Assembly (NCBI GenBank): GCA_016188775.1
Contig: JACPHC010000004.1
Coordinates: 12,704-76,703, forward strand
Direction of reading: 5' to 3'
DNA: 64,000 nucleotides
From: Parcubacteria group bacterium
GTDB taxonomy: Bacteria; Patescibacteriota; Minisyncoccia; JACPHC01
Part shown: one piece after another, positions 9,561 through 18,381 of the stretch
Position numbering within the stretch: the stretch's first letter is position 1
How the letters are laid out: each line of letters begins with the position of its first letter
Notes under the pieces: generated by a model
Databases searched by the model: none
Told to the model about the DNA's origin: nothing
What the model saw: the letters and a program-made list of their open reading frames with translations, nothing else
Translations under genes and position numbers: made by a program

Positions 9561-10049
9561 TCAATCTGAAATTCGACCGCTGGTAGTGACGGTGATCAAT
9601 TTGGAAAAAGTCGGCGAGCTTTTGATGTTGATTTCCAAAGAATGGCTGACGGAGCCGGAAGGAACGCCGGTTAATCTTTCAAAAGTGATGTCCAAAGGCG
9701 AACCCAGTCCCCCGCCATCGAAAGTTTTATATTCAACGCGATTGGATAAAAATAAGGTTTCTTTAACCGCGCCGGAAGCGAAAGTCGTCAGCGTGGAAAA
9801 TAAGCGGTAGCCGGCTAAAGAATTATCAAATCTTACTCCCCAGCGAGACCCGTCTTCGCCGGATAAGGCTCGAGCCTGAGCTTCTCTTAATTTTCCGACA
9901 ATTTCACGCGAGGCGATGTCCAAAATCGCGCCTCGCTGGAAAGACTGGTAAGCCGCGGTTAAAGCGACGGATAAAATGGCAATAATGCCCATAACGAGAA
10001 TGAGTTCCAAAAGAGTGAAACCGGTCAATTTTTTTTTCTTAAATGGCAT
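9561..10049 (-). CDS. Minor type IV pilin (FimT/GspH-like)
   Basis: LTG|FTLLELILVMGII N-methylation motif; C-terminal ITFERLTG...ITVTTSGRI. Confidence 0.85.
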   Translation of the reverse strand: MPFKKKKLTGFTLLELILVMGIIAILSVALTAAYQSFQRGAILDIASREIVGKLREAQARALSGEDGSRWGVRFDNSLAGYRLFSTLTTFASGAVKETLFLSNRVEYKTFDGGGLGSPLDITFERLTGVPSGSVSHSLEINIKSSPTFSKLITVTTSGRISD

Positions 10050-10066
10050 AAAATTATATAAACTCG

Positions 10067-10210
10067 GAAATACTGATTTTCAAAACATATTCGCTCGCTT
10101 CCAGCGGCTCGCTCATTCTATGTCCTCGGCGAAAAATTTTTTTGCTTGAATAATATAGCAAAAAATACCAAGCTTTTTCGCCTGCGGATGGTTTTGAAAA
10201 TCAGTATTTC
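10067..10210. mobile_element. MITE-like element with perfect 20-bp terminal IRs
   Basis: GAAATACTGATTTTCAAAAC (10067-10086) and GTTTTGAAAATCAGTATTTC (10191-10210). Confidence 0.7.
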
Positions 10211-10231
10211 TTCGCTTACTATTTGTTATAA

Positions 10232-11446
10232 TTATCTAAACGATCCGACTAATTGATAAATCGGAACGATAATGGAAACGGCGATGCCGCCGATGATAAG
10301 ACCAATAACCAGAAGCAAAACCGGCTCAATCAGAGAAACTAAATTTTTGAGAGAATTATCAACTTCTTCTTCGTAAAATTCCGATAAGCTGACCAGTATT
10401 TCTTCAAGATTGCCGGACCGCTCTCCCACGCCGATCATATTGGTGACCAAATGCGGAAAAAGTTTCGGTTCTCTTTTCAACATCGCGGCCAGAGTGATGC
10501 CTCGAGCCACGCCGGATTCGGCTGACTTAAGATAGGCTGATTTATAGAGATCATTGCCGATGGTATCGGCCGTGATCCGCAAAGAATCCAAAAACGGCAC
10601 CGCGCTTTTTAAAAGCGTGGCCAGAACCCGGGTGGAACGAGCCAGGGACACTTTTTTTATCAAATCGCTCGCAACCGGCAAATGAAAAAAGATTTTTTCG
10701 TACAAAAATTTTTTCCCGGCCGAGGAACGCCAAACCAGAACAGCGGAAAAAATTAAACCAATAACAAAAATCGCTATATATAAAGGATAAGCGGTGATAA
10801 AATCGCTGATGTTTACCAAGACTTGAGTAATGGCCGGAAGTTTGACCCCGGTTTCTTTAAAAGTTTTCGTCAGACGCGGCAAAACAACCGTAAACATCAA
10901 AGTTAAAACTCCAAAAGCCATAATGATAAGAATGGAGGGATAAATCATCGCCGATTTGACCCGGCGTTTCAGGGAGTATTCGGATTTCATTTGAGAAGAA
11001 AGTTCGGCAAAAACCTGCTCTAAATTTCCGGAAGCCTCGCCGGCTTTAACGAGACTGACAAATAAAAGAGGAAAATCTTTCGGAAATTTTTCAAAAGCCG
11101 CTGACAAAGGCTGGCCGCGCTGGAGCTCATACCGAATCTGGGAGAAAATTTTGGCCAGTATCGGTTTTTCCGCGTCCGCGATCAAAATATCAATCGCTTC
11201 GATAATCGGAATGCCGGCGCGAAGCATCGTGGCCAGATGTCTGGTAAAAACGATTTTATCGTCAATGGAAAGCCGGCCAAAAATAAAACCGGCAAAAGGA
11301 ATTTTTGCCTCGTTTTTTGGCGCCACTCGAATCGCTTGCCAGCCTTGACGTTTAATGAAATCCAGAACCGCCTCTTCGCTCGCGGCTTCAATTTCTCCTT
11401 CTTGTAAAATTCCTTGGGAATCGGACGCGGTATAATTATAAATCAT
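10232..11446 (-). CDS. pilC: Type IV pilus inner-membrane platform protein PilC/GspF (cluster 1)
   Basis: Two T2SSF repeats: FTRHLATMLRAGIP, AGEASGNL, AMIYP, VGERSGNL, LIEP. Confidence 0.95.
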   Translation of the reverse strand: MIYNYTASDSQGILQEGEIEAASEEAVLDFIKRQGWQAIRVAPKNEAKIPFAGFIFGRLSIDDKIVFTRHLATMLRAGIPIIEAIDILIADAEKPILAKIFSQIRYELQRGQPLSAAFEKFPKDFPLLFVSLVKAGEASGNLEQVFAELSSQMKSEYSLKRRVKSAMIYPSILIIMAFGVLTLMFTVVLPRLTKTFKETGVKLPAITQVLVNISDFITAYPLYIAIFVIGLIFSAVLVWRSSAGKKFLYEKIFFHLPVASDLIKKVSLARSTRVLATLLKSAVPFLDSLRITADTIGNDLYKSAYLKSAESGVARGITLAAMLKREPKLFPHLVTNMIGVGERSGNLEEILVSLSEFYEEEVDNSLKNLVSLIEPVLLLVIGLIIGGIAVSIIVPIYQLVGSFR

Positions 11447-11452
11447 AAAACA

Positions 11453-13162
11453 TTATTCTCTAATGACGCGTAAAATTTCTTCAATGGTCGTAATGCCGGC
11501 CTCGACTTTAGCCAGTCCGTCTTCAAACATTGTCATCATCCCCTCTTTCCTCGCTTGTTTTCTTAAATCTTCAATAGTCCATTCGCTGTTGATGATTTCG
11601 CGCATGGCCGGAGTAACGGTTAACACTTCAAAAATAGCGACTTGCCCTTGATAGCCGACGGAACATTCGGGACAAGTGCCGGATTTATAAAGCAACTCCG
11701 GAATCGCGTAAGTAATTTTTTCTTTGGGATACAAAATGGCAAACTGGTCTTGAATCGCTTTTTTTATCTCGGGCGAGACGGGATAAGATTCAATGCAAGA
11801 TTGGCAAATTTTCCGCACTAAACGTTGGGCGATAATTAAATTAAGCGTCGTTGACATTAAAAATTTCGGCACGCCGATATCGGTCAGACGCGGAATGGAG
11901 GTAATGGCGTCATTGGTGTGCAAAGAAGAAAGAAGAAGATGACCGGTCAGGGCCGCGTTAACGGCGATCTCGGCGGTTTCCAAATCGCGAATTTCACCGA
12001 CCATCAGAATATCCGGGTTTTGCCTGAGAAGCGAACGCAGACCGGTGGCGAAAGTAATGCCGGCTTTAACGTTCACTTGCGTCTGGTTGAGCCGGGGAAC
12101 GTCGTATTCAATCGGGTCTTCAACGGTGGAAATATTAACTCCGGGTTTATTTAAAAGATGCAAAATGGCGTAAAGCGTGGTTGTCTTGCCGGAGCCGGTC
12201 GGACCGGTGGAAAGAATCATTCCGTGCGATTTAGTGATGGCGTCTTTAACAATCGCTAAATTCTTACCCACCATCCCCAACTCTTCCAAGTTAAGAGGCC
12301 GGGCCGCTCCTCTCAATAATCTCAAGACCGATTTTTCGCCGTGAAAAGTCGGCATTACCGAAACCCGAACGTCAACGGCTTCATCCTCAAATTTAAACTT
12401 GAAACGGCCGTCTTGAGGTTTAAAATGTTCGTCAATGGCGAGATTGGACAGAATTTTAATCCGGGCGGTTAAAGCCGGATGAAGTTCTTTGGGCAATTCG
12501 GTGATATCTTTTAAAATACCGTCAATCCGATAACGAACAATTAGTTTTTCGGCCGTGCGTTCAAAATGAATATCCGAAGCCCGGCTCAAAACCGCGAATT
12601 CAATAATGGAATCAATGATGGTGACAATGGGAATGTTTTCCGCCAAACGTTCCAGTGTCGCCGTTTCCGGAGAAGCGATTAAAGCTTTTTTAATATTTTC
12701 TTCAATAATTATTTCAAATTGCTTGGAAATATCGCCTTTATAAAAACGAAGAGCGTGAATAATATCCGCGGCCGTGGCCAAATAAACTTCAATTTCAGAG
12801 CCGGTTTTAAAACGGAGATATTCAATGAGTTTGATATCGCCCGGATCCTGCATCGCCACTTTCAGTTTAGATTCCGATTGGTCAAAAACGGCGATGCCGC
12901 GAGTTTTGGCGAAATCTTCCGGAATCATCCGAAGAACTTCCATATTGATTGTTCTTCGGGTCAGTCCGGCCATTGGAACACCGTAAAATGTCGAAAGCAA
13001 TTCAAAAAAATAAGACTCGGGAACGTCGCCACGCCCGATGAGAACATTTTCGATTTTTTGACCCGCCCGATGAGCTTCGGTTTTGGCCGACTCAAACTCT
13101 TTGACGGACACCAAACCGCTTTCCACGATCATTTTCCTTAATTTTCGCTCTGGGATAGGCAA
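11453..13162 (-). CDS. pilB: Type IV pilus assembly ATPase PilB/GspE (cluster 1)
   Basis: ASDIHFE, PQDGRF, Walker A GPTGSGKTT, TVEDPIEY, LRQNPDILMVGEIRD, CxxC pairs; TTG start. Confidence 0.95.
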   Translation of the reverse strand: MPIPERKLRKMIVESGLVSVKEFESAKTEAHRAGQKIENVLIGRGDVPESYFFELLSTFYGVPMAGLTRRTINMEVLRMIPEDFAKTRGIAVFDQSESKLKVAMQDPGDIKLIEYLRFKTGSEIEVYLATAADIIHALRFYKGDISKQFEIIIEENIKKALIASPETATLERLAENIPIVTIIDSIIEFAVLSRASDIHFERTAEKLIVRYRIDGILKDITELPKELHPALTARIKILSNLAIDEHFKPQDGRFKFKFEDEAVDVRVSVMPTFHGEKSVLRLLRGAARPLNLEELGMVGKNLAIVKDAITKSHGMILSTGPTGSGKTTTLYAILHLLNKPGVNISTVEDPIEYDVPRLNQTQVNVKAGITFATGLRSLLRQNPDILMVGEIRDLETAEIAVNAALTGHLLLSSLHTNDAITSIPRLTDIGVPKFLMSTTLNLIIAQRLVRKICQSCIESYPVSPEIKKAIQDQFAILYPKEKITYAIPELLYKSGTCPECSVGYQGQVAIFEVLTVTPAMREIINSEWTIEDLRKQARKEGMMTMFEDGLAKVEAGITTIEEILRVIRE

Positions 13163-13165
13163 AAT

Positions 13166-13825
13166 TTAAACGATTAAATTTATAAACTGAGTATGCCTTA
13201 TTATTATATCACCGAATAAAACTACAATCAAAGCCGCGACCAGCCAAAACGGAGTCAAAATTAATTCGCCCTGATTCTCGGGTTTAAATATCTTTAGAGC
13301 CAACAGCCAAAAAACCGCCAAAACAGGAACTAAAAAAATATAAATCATAAAACCGGGCCAACCGCCGACCAGTCCCCCGATCGCGGCAAAATAAACATCT
13401 CTTAATTCAAAACGGTTAAAATATTTGTAAAAAATAAAAATCAAAGAACTTAAAATTAAAGAAGCGATAGCGGCAAAAAAAGGCGCTTTGATAAAATGCT
13501 GCCAGGAGTATCGCAAAAAATAGCCGGAGAACGGCGTTTCCAGGCCGAAAATTTTAAGGCCCGGGGTATGAGGCGGAAAAACATAAATCATCACCGGGCT
13601 GGTTTTCCAAACGGCGTATTGCGCGAAAGTAAAAATCAAAGGCTGGGCTAAAAAAATAATTAAAATAAGCCCGAGGGCGAAAAATACGTATTTAGGGTTT
13701 AAAATTTTATATTTTAAATCGGGCCATCGGAAACGAAAAAAAGATATCGCTAAAATAAAAAATAATAAAAAACCGTAAAGAATGGATGGACCGTGAAAAT
13801 TAAAAAAAAGATTTATGAATTTCAT
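13166..13825 (-). CDS. Membrane protein, degenerate prepilin-peptidase (A24)-like
   Basis: Multi-TM; RDVYFAAIGGLVGGWPG and LTPFWL resemble the A24 C-terminal half; located directly upstream of pilB. Confidence 0.5.
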   Translation of the reverse strand: MKFINLFFNFHGPSILYGFLLFFILAISFFRFRWPDLKYKILNPKYVFFALGLILIIFLAQPLIFTFAQYAVWKTSPVMIYVFPPHTPGLKIFGLETPFSGYFLRYSWQHFIKAPFFAAIASLILSSLIFIFYKYFNRFELRDVYFAAIGGLVGGWPGFMIYIFLVPVLAVFWLLALKIFKPENQGELILTPFWLVAALIVVLFGDIIIRHTQFINLIV

Positions 13826-13859
13826 AATAGTTCATATTTTTTAAATGCTGGTTGTATGC

Positions 13860-14123
13860 TTAACGATAAATATTTTTTCTGTGGCCAACATCAATAAGAA
13901 GAATTTCATAGGGAGATAAAAATTTAAAAAGGACTCGGAAATCTCTTGTGATACGAAATGAATAAATTCCGGCAAGCTCTCCGGATAAAGATTTAGTATG
14001 TAATTGAGAATAATAAGGATTTTCTTTTAATAAAACGACAAGTCGCGCAATTTTAGCTTGTTGTTTTTCACTAAGTTTTTGAACACGTTTAAGGAAATTA
14101 TCAGTATAATAAACTCTTACCAT
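13860..14123 (-). CDS. RelE/YafQ-family mRNA interferase toxin
   Basis: 87 aa; LHTKSLSGELAGIYSFRITRDFRVLF...DVGHRKNIYR. Confidence 0.85.
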   Translation of the reverse strand: MVRVYYTDNFLKRVQKLSEKQQAKIARLVVLLKENPYYSQLHTKSLSGELAGIYSFRITRDFRVLFKFLSPYEILLIDVGHRKNIYR

Positions 14124-14129
14124 TAGAGA

Positions 14130-14351
14130 CTAAGAATTACTTTTCTTTTCTCTTACATGCCGTAAAAAAGATTCAATGTTTTTAAATTCATAATTGGGTT
14201 TTTCTTTAGCTGCTTTTAAAATTCTTTGCGCAAAATCGGGATTATATTCTCCTTCAGAGTCTTGTCCTGCCTGACCAATCACAAAAGAACGTAAAAGATC
14301 TAACTCGCTTTCTAATTTTCTTGTTTTTTTATCTAACGTTTTTGTAGTCAT
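14130..14351 (-). CDS. Putative antitoxin for the adjacent RelE-type toxin
   Basis: 73 aa, 6 nt upstream of the toxin, ends FKNIESFL. Confidence 0.65.
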   Translation of the reverse strand: MTTKTLDKKTRKLESELDLLRSFVIGQAGQDSEGEYNPDFAQRILKAAKEKPNYEFKNIESFLRHVREKKSNS

Positions 14352-14419
14352 ATTATCAGTATAGCAAATATAAAAATTTTAACAATATCTCGGCCAGAAA
14401 GAATCCTTAATTTAGGCAT
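14348..14419 (-). pseudogene. Truncated HicA-like toxin remnant
   Basis: Manual translation MPKLRILSGRDIVKIF(IFAILII*); start overlaps the hicB-like stop; lacks the rest of HicA including the GSH motif. Confidence 0.6.
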
Positions 14420-14636
14420 AAATCGGCTCAAGCTCTAAATTAAGCAAAATAGATGAATTTTTTGATAAATCTAATTTTGAAAAATCTTCTGATTCTAGAT
14501 GAAGAGATAGCGCTTCTTTAATATTTGAAACTACTTCATCAATAGTTCTGCCTCGGGTAATAATAGGCAGATCAATGCTTTCTCCAATATAATATTTTTC
14601 GCCTTTATAAATTTTAAATTGAATTATATGTTTCAT
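14412..14636 (-). CDS. HicB-family antitoxin
   Basis: 74 aa; YYIGESIDLPIITRGRTIDEVVSNIKEALSLHLE. Confidence 0.8.
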   Translation of the reverse strand: MKHIIQFKIYKGEKYYIGESIDLPIITRGRTIDEVVSNIKEALSLHLESEDFSKLDLSKNSSILLNLELEPIYA

Positions 14637-14679
14637 TATTTTAATTATAGTCTCAAAAAAAAGAAGTCAATGAATAAAT

Positions 14680-14758
14680 TGTCATTGCGAGGCGATGAAA
14701 TCGCCGAAGCAATCTCTCTCTTGGATTTTGAGATTGCTTCGTTTCGCTCGCAATGACA
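14680..14758. repeat. GTCATTGCGAG REP-like element, copy 2
   Basis: TGTCATTGCGAG...GAAGCAATCTC...GAGATTGCTTC...CTCGCAATGACA. Confidence 0.85.
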
Positions 14759-14791
14759 AAATATAAAAATTGGAGTTGAAGTGAACAAAAC

Positions 14792-14820
14792 AAAACCGCC
14801 ACCCGTAGGGTGGCGGTTTT
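14792..14820 (-). terminator. Intrinsic terminator after the major pilin gene
   Basis: AAAACCGCCACCC-GTA-GGGTGGCGGTTTT. Confidence 0.85.
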
Positions 14821-14845
14821 TAAAAATCATTGGGAATTATAGGAA

Positions 14846-15547
14846 TTAATAGCCATTACTCGTCACAATTAATAATTCAGTGCCTTTTTCAAAAATCAAA
14901 TCATTATTTCCGCCGTCATTCTTTTCTTTATCATCCGCGCCACCGTTGGAAAAAGCCGAGCTTTCAAGATTGGCTCCCAATTCAAATGTTGTATCAACAG
15001 CGTCGCAAACATAAGAGTAAAAATGATTATTAGTCGGACCTTCGCCAAGACTATTGATAACAGGAGCAGGATCGCGCGGAAGATTTGAAATTGGCGAACC
15101 GCCTGTAATGTCGCTAAACCTTACTGGCAACCAGCCCGTACCATCAACTACGCTGCTTGCGGAGCCGCTAGTCGCCCAAGCCGTAGTTTCATAAGTTTTC
15201 CCGCCTCCGGTTTGCGCTCCTGTTCCGTAAGATCTAGTGCCGGCGGCGATTCCTGTTTGATCGTAAAAAACAGTTGGATCTGGCGTAGCAGCAGACGAAT
15301 TAACACATCGATTATTATCAATAGTGTCAGTGGAAAGATCCGGCGCGCTAACCGTTGTCAAATAAAGACCTAAAGCGGTCTTTAAAACATCAAGGTCGGA
15401 AATTCTCTGAACGTCCCGGGCTTTTTTCAATGTTTCCGCCGGGTTCAAAACCAAAACCACCACCACGGACAAAATCGCCAAAATAGCGATAACGATCAAA
15501 AGTTCAAGCAGAGTAAAACCTTTTTTGCTAAACATTTTATTAGTCAT
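14846..15547 (-). CDS. Type IV pilin (probable major pilin of cluster 1)
   Basis: KKG|FTLLELLIVIAILAIL, NPAETLKKARDVQRISDL; own terminator. Confidence 0.9.
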   Translation of the reverse strand: MTNKMFSKKGFTLLELLIVIAILAILSVVVVLVLNPAETLKKARDVQRISDLDVLKTALGLYLTTVSAPDLSTDTIDNNRCVNSSAATPDPTVFYDQTGIAAGTRSYGTGAQTGGGKTYETTAWATSGSASSVVDGTGWLPVRFSDITGGSPISNLPRDPAPVINSLGEGPTNNHFYSYVCDAVDTTFELGANLESSAFSNGGADDKEKNDGGNNDLIFEKGTELLIVTSNGY

Positions 15548-15743
15548 TTCTTAATTTTATTTCGACCTTTTCCTTTATTTCCTTTATTTTATCAAATTTT
15601 AAGCGAATAAAAAACTGTAAGCCAAAAAACCGAGCGAGCCGAGCAAAATCAGAGAAAAAATAATTATTAATACTATAATAACATTCCTGGGCATATTGTC
15701 TATAATTTATTGTGGATAACTTATGAAATATATTTTCTAGTTT

Positions 15744-15835
15744 AATAAGTATCCTAAAAATTTTTAGGTACCCTCGGCGGATTATATAATTTCATTAAAG
15801 TGCCTCGACCTCAAAAATTTTTTAGAATACTTATT
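15744..15835. repeat. AAGTATYCTAAAAATTTTT palindrome family, long copy
   Basis: AATAAGTATCCTAAAAATTTTT ... AAAAATTTTTTAGAATACTTATT; collapsed copies at 18349-18369, 20411-20438 and 23946-23981. Confidence 0.7.
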
Positions 15836-15881
15836 TAGCATTATACCACAAATTATAATCGTCAAGCTGTGGATAACTTTG

Positions 15882-15913
15882 CCCGCCAAAATTTTAGTTA
15901 AAATTTAGGCGGG
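15882..15913. repeat. CCCGCCAAAATT palindrome family, copy 2
   Basis: cccgccaaaattttagttaaaatttaggcggg. Confidence 0.7.
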
Positions 15914-16037
15914 TAAAAAAATAATAAATCGCATACCGGTTGCGCAAATAATCTTAAACGCGTATAATACCGCATAATCAAGAAGTGATTCCTTCTTATT
16001 TAAACAGTCGAAAAATAATTAAAATTTAGGCGGGTAA

Positions 16038-18314
16038 ATGTTTCAAAAACTCAATTTGAAAATCATTCTTTGGTCGCTCGTGGTTATTGTTTTTTTGCCG
16101 CTTCTGCTTTCGCCTTTTTTATTTTCCCCGCCGGAATTCGGTCGGGGCGTTATTTTCCGGATTATTATAGAATTGATTTTTATTATCTGGATAACGCTCG
16201 TTCTTTCCGACCAAAAATATCAGCCAAACCCTTCTTTTATTTTTTCTTCTTCTATTTTTAGGTCTTTGGCGATTTATATATCCATTACCGGCTTTTCGGT
16301 CATTTTCGGCATCCATCCTTTTTTCAGTCTTTGGTCCGAACCGGGACGGCTCGGCGGCTATTTCAGCCTCATTCATTATTTCCTTCTTTTTATTATAGCC
16401 GGTTCCGTTATAAAAGAAAAAGATTGGGAAAAAATTTGGACCGGAACGGCCGTGGCCGGAATTTTAGTCGGCCTTTTCGCGATTGAACAACGTTTTGATT
16501 TTTTTAAAAATTTTTTAACCGCCTTTGCCCGGCCGCCCGGACCATTGGGCAATCCCTTGATTTTAAGCGCCTGGTCGCTTCTTTTATTTTTCCTTTTTTT
16601 GGGATTTGTTTTAACTCAAAAATCTCTTTTCAAAAAAACGCTTTTCGCCTCCGCCGCCTCTTTCCAATTTTTTTCCATTTTACTCGCCCAGTCAAGAAGC
16701 GCCTATCTCGGCCTTGTCGCCGGACTCGGAATTTTTCTTTTATTTTACCCCGCCGGGAATAAAAAAATAAAAAAATGGCTGATGGCTTCCAGCCTCGTCA
16801 TAATTGCTATTTTTGCTCTGGGCGTTCTGCTTATTCCGAGCCTTACGAAAAATCCGGAAATCGCCAGAATTTTTACTTTTCTTCCTTCTTCCAAAAATGT
16901 TCAGGCCGCCAGCCTCGTTCCGCGCCTTTTAGTTTGGCAAGCCGGCCTCAAAGGATTTCTGGACAAACCGATTTTGGGCTGGGGGCCGGAAAATTTTTCC
17001 ATCGCTTTTGATAAGCATTTTAACCCCGGACTAGCCAGCTTCGGATACGTGGAAACTTATTTCGACCGAGCCCATAACACTCTTATCGACACGGCGGTTT
17101 CTTCCGGCATTTTAGGCCTGGCCGGTTATTTGGCTTTTTTCGTTATTGTATTTCGACAAATTCATAAAAAATACCGAGCCCAAAACATCAACGGCGAAAA
17201 TAAAATACTGCTAGCCGCTGTTGGCGCGACCTTGGCCGGCTATTTTATCCAAAACATTTTCAATTTCGACAGCGTTTCCACTTATATCTTTTTCTTTTTA
17301 ATTTTAGCTTGGCTGGAATTCCTTCTTAATTCTAAAATTCAAAATCCAACGCCCGAAACAGAAAATTCAGCGGTTAAAACGGCTAATTCCCGAATGCCGC
17401 TTCCGTTGCCATTATCGGCCGGAATTTTGATATTATCGGCCTTACTGGTTTTTTACTCAATTTTTAAATTTAACGTCAATCCTCTGCTGAAAAATTGGGA
17501 AATTAACCGGACGACTAATTTTTTAAAAAAAGGGTCATACCAGCTCGCTCTGGATAATTTTGAAAGACTGACCGGACAAGCTACTATGTTTGACCATTTT
17601 TACCACGCCTTAAACGAAGGCGGCGCGCTTTATGATATGGCCATGGCCATAAAAAATACCAATAAAGAAGAGGCGATAAAATTTCTAAAAAAGGCCGAGA
17701 AAAGAGTCCAAGATTATAATTATCAGCGGCCTTTTTACGTCCGAAATTATATCTTTTTAGGCTCCATAAATAACGCTCTTTACGAATTGGGCGAGACTGG
17801 AGCCGAGGACAGGGCCAAAAAATTTTTAGAGAAAGCCGTTGAAATCTCGCCAAAAAGACACCAGGCTTGGCTGGAATTGGCTAACATCTATTTAATTTCC
17901 AACGAGCAACAAAAAGTTCTTGCCATTGCCGATAAACTTATCAATTTTAATCCGGATATTGGAGAAGCTTATTTTATCAAAGCGCTGAGCTATGTCAGAA
18001 CAGGCAATATAGATGAAGCGGAATCGCAGCTGGAAATCGCCCAATCAAAAAAACTTGATTATTTCGGCTATCCTTACTTGGGAAGACTGGCGGAAACGGC
18101 GCTGACCATGAATAATAACGATTTCCTCGAAAAAATATATTTGGAATATAGCGATCAATATCCAAAAAATATTCAACCTCATCAACTTTTAGCCGCTCTT
18201 TACCGAAACACCAAACAAATCGTCAAAGCCAAAAAAGAAGCTCAAATTATTTTAGAACTTGAGCCGCGAGCTTCTAAACAAGTCGGAGATTTTCTAAATT
18301 CGCTGGAAAAATAA
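16038..18314 (+). CDS. O-antigen ligase/O-oligosaccharyltransferase-like (Wzy_C) membrane protein with C-terminal TPRs
   Basis: About 12 TM segments; LGNP, QSRSAYLG, PILGWGPENF, DRAHN motifs; TPR-like tail. Confidence 0.85.
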   Translation: MFQKLNLKIILWSLVVIVFLPLLLSPFLFSPPEFGRGVIFRIIIELIFIIWITLVLSDQKYQPNPSFIFSSSIFRSLAIYISITGFSVIFGIHPFFSLWSEPGRLGGYFSLIHYFLLFIIAGSVIKEKDWEKIWTGTAVAGILVGLFAIEQRFDFFKNFLTAFARPPGPLGNPLILSAWSLLLFFLFLGFVLTQKSLFKKTLFASAASFQFFSILLAQSRSAYLGLVAGLGIFLLFYPAGNKKIKKWLMASSLVIIAIFALGVLLIPSLTKNPEIARIFTFLPSSKNVQAASLVPRLLVWQAGLKGFLDKPILGWGPENFSIAFDKHFNPGLASFGYVETYFDRAHNTLIDTAVSSGILGLAGYLAFFVIVFRQIHKKYRAQNINGENKILLAAVGATLAGYFIQNIFNFDSVSTYIFFFLILAWLEFLLNSKIQNPTPETENSAVKTANSRMPLPLPLSAGILILSALLVFYSIFKFNVNPLLKNWEINRTTNFLKKGSYQLALDNFERLTGQATMFDHFYHALNEGGALYDMAMAIKNTNKEEAIKFLKKAEKRVQDYNYQRPFYVRNYIFLGSINNALYELGETGAEDRAKKFLEKAVEISPKRHQAWLELANIYLISNEQQKVLAIADKLINFNPDIGEAYFIKALSYVRTGNIDEAESQLEIAQSKKLDYFGYPYLGRLAETALTMNNNDFLEKIYLEYSDQYPKNIQPHQLLAALYRNTKQIVKAKKEAQIILELEPRASKQVGDFLNSLEK

Positions 18315-18381
18315 GTTTTTTGGAAAAATAAAAAAAATATAAAATTTGCTAAAAAATTTTAGGATACTTTTAGATGAACAT

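Noticed and set aside
14645-14830. ORFs 14645..14830 and 37952..38161 (HCERNEAIS / SLREAKRRSNL peptides)
   Set aside because: Translations of the GTCATTGCGAG REP-like element and a terminator.
15550-16037. Replication origin
   Set aside because: Only two perfect DnaA boxes, no dnaA/dnaN context, and skew cannot be assessed here.
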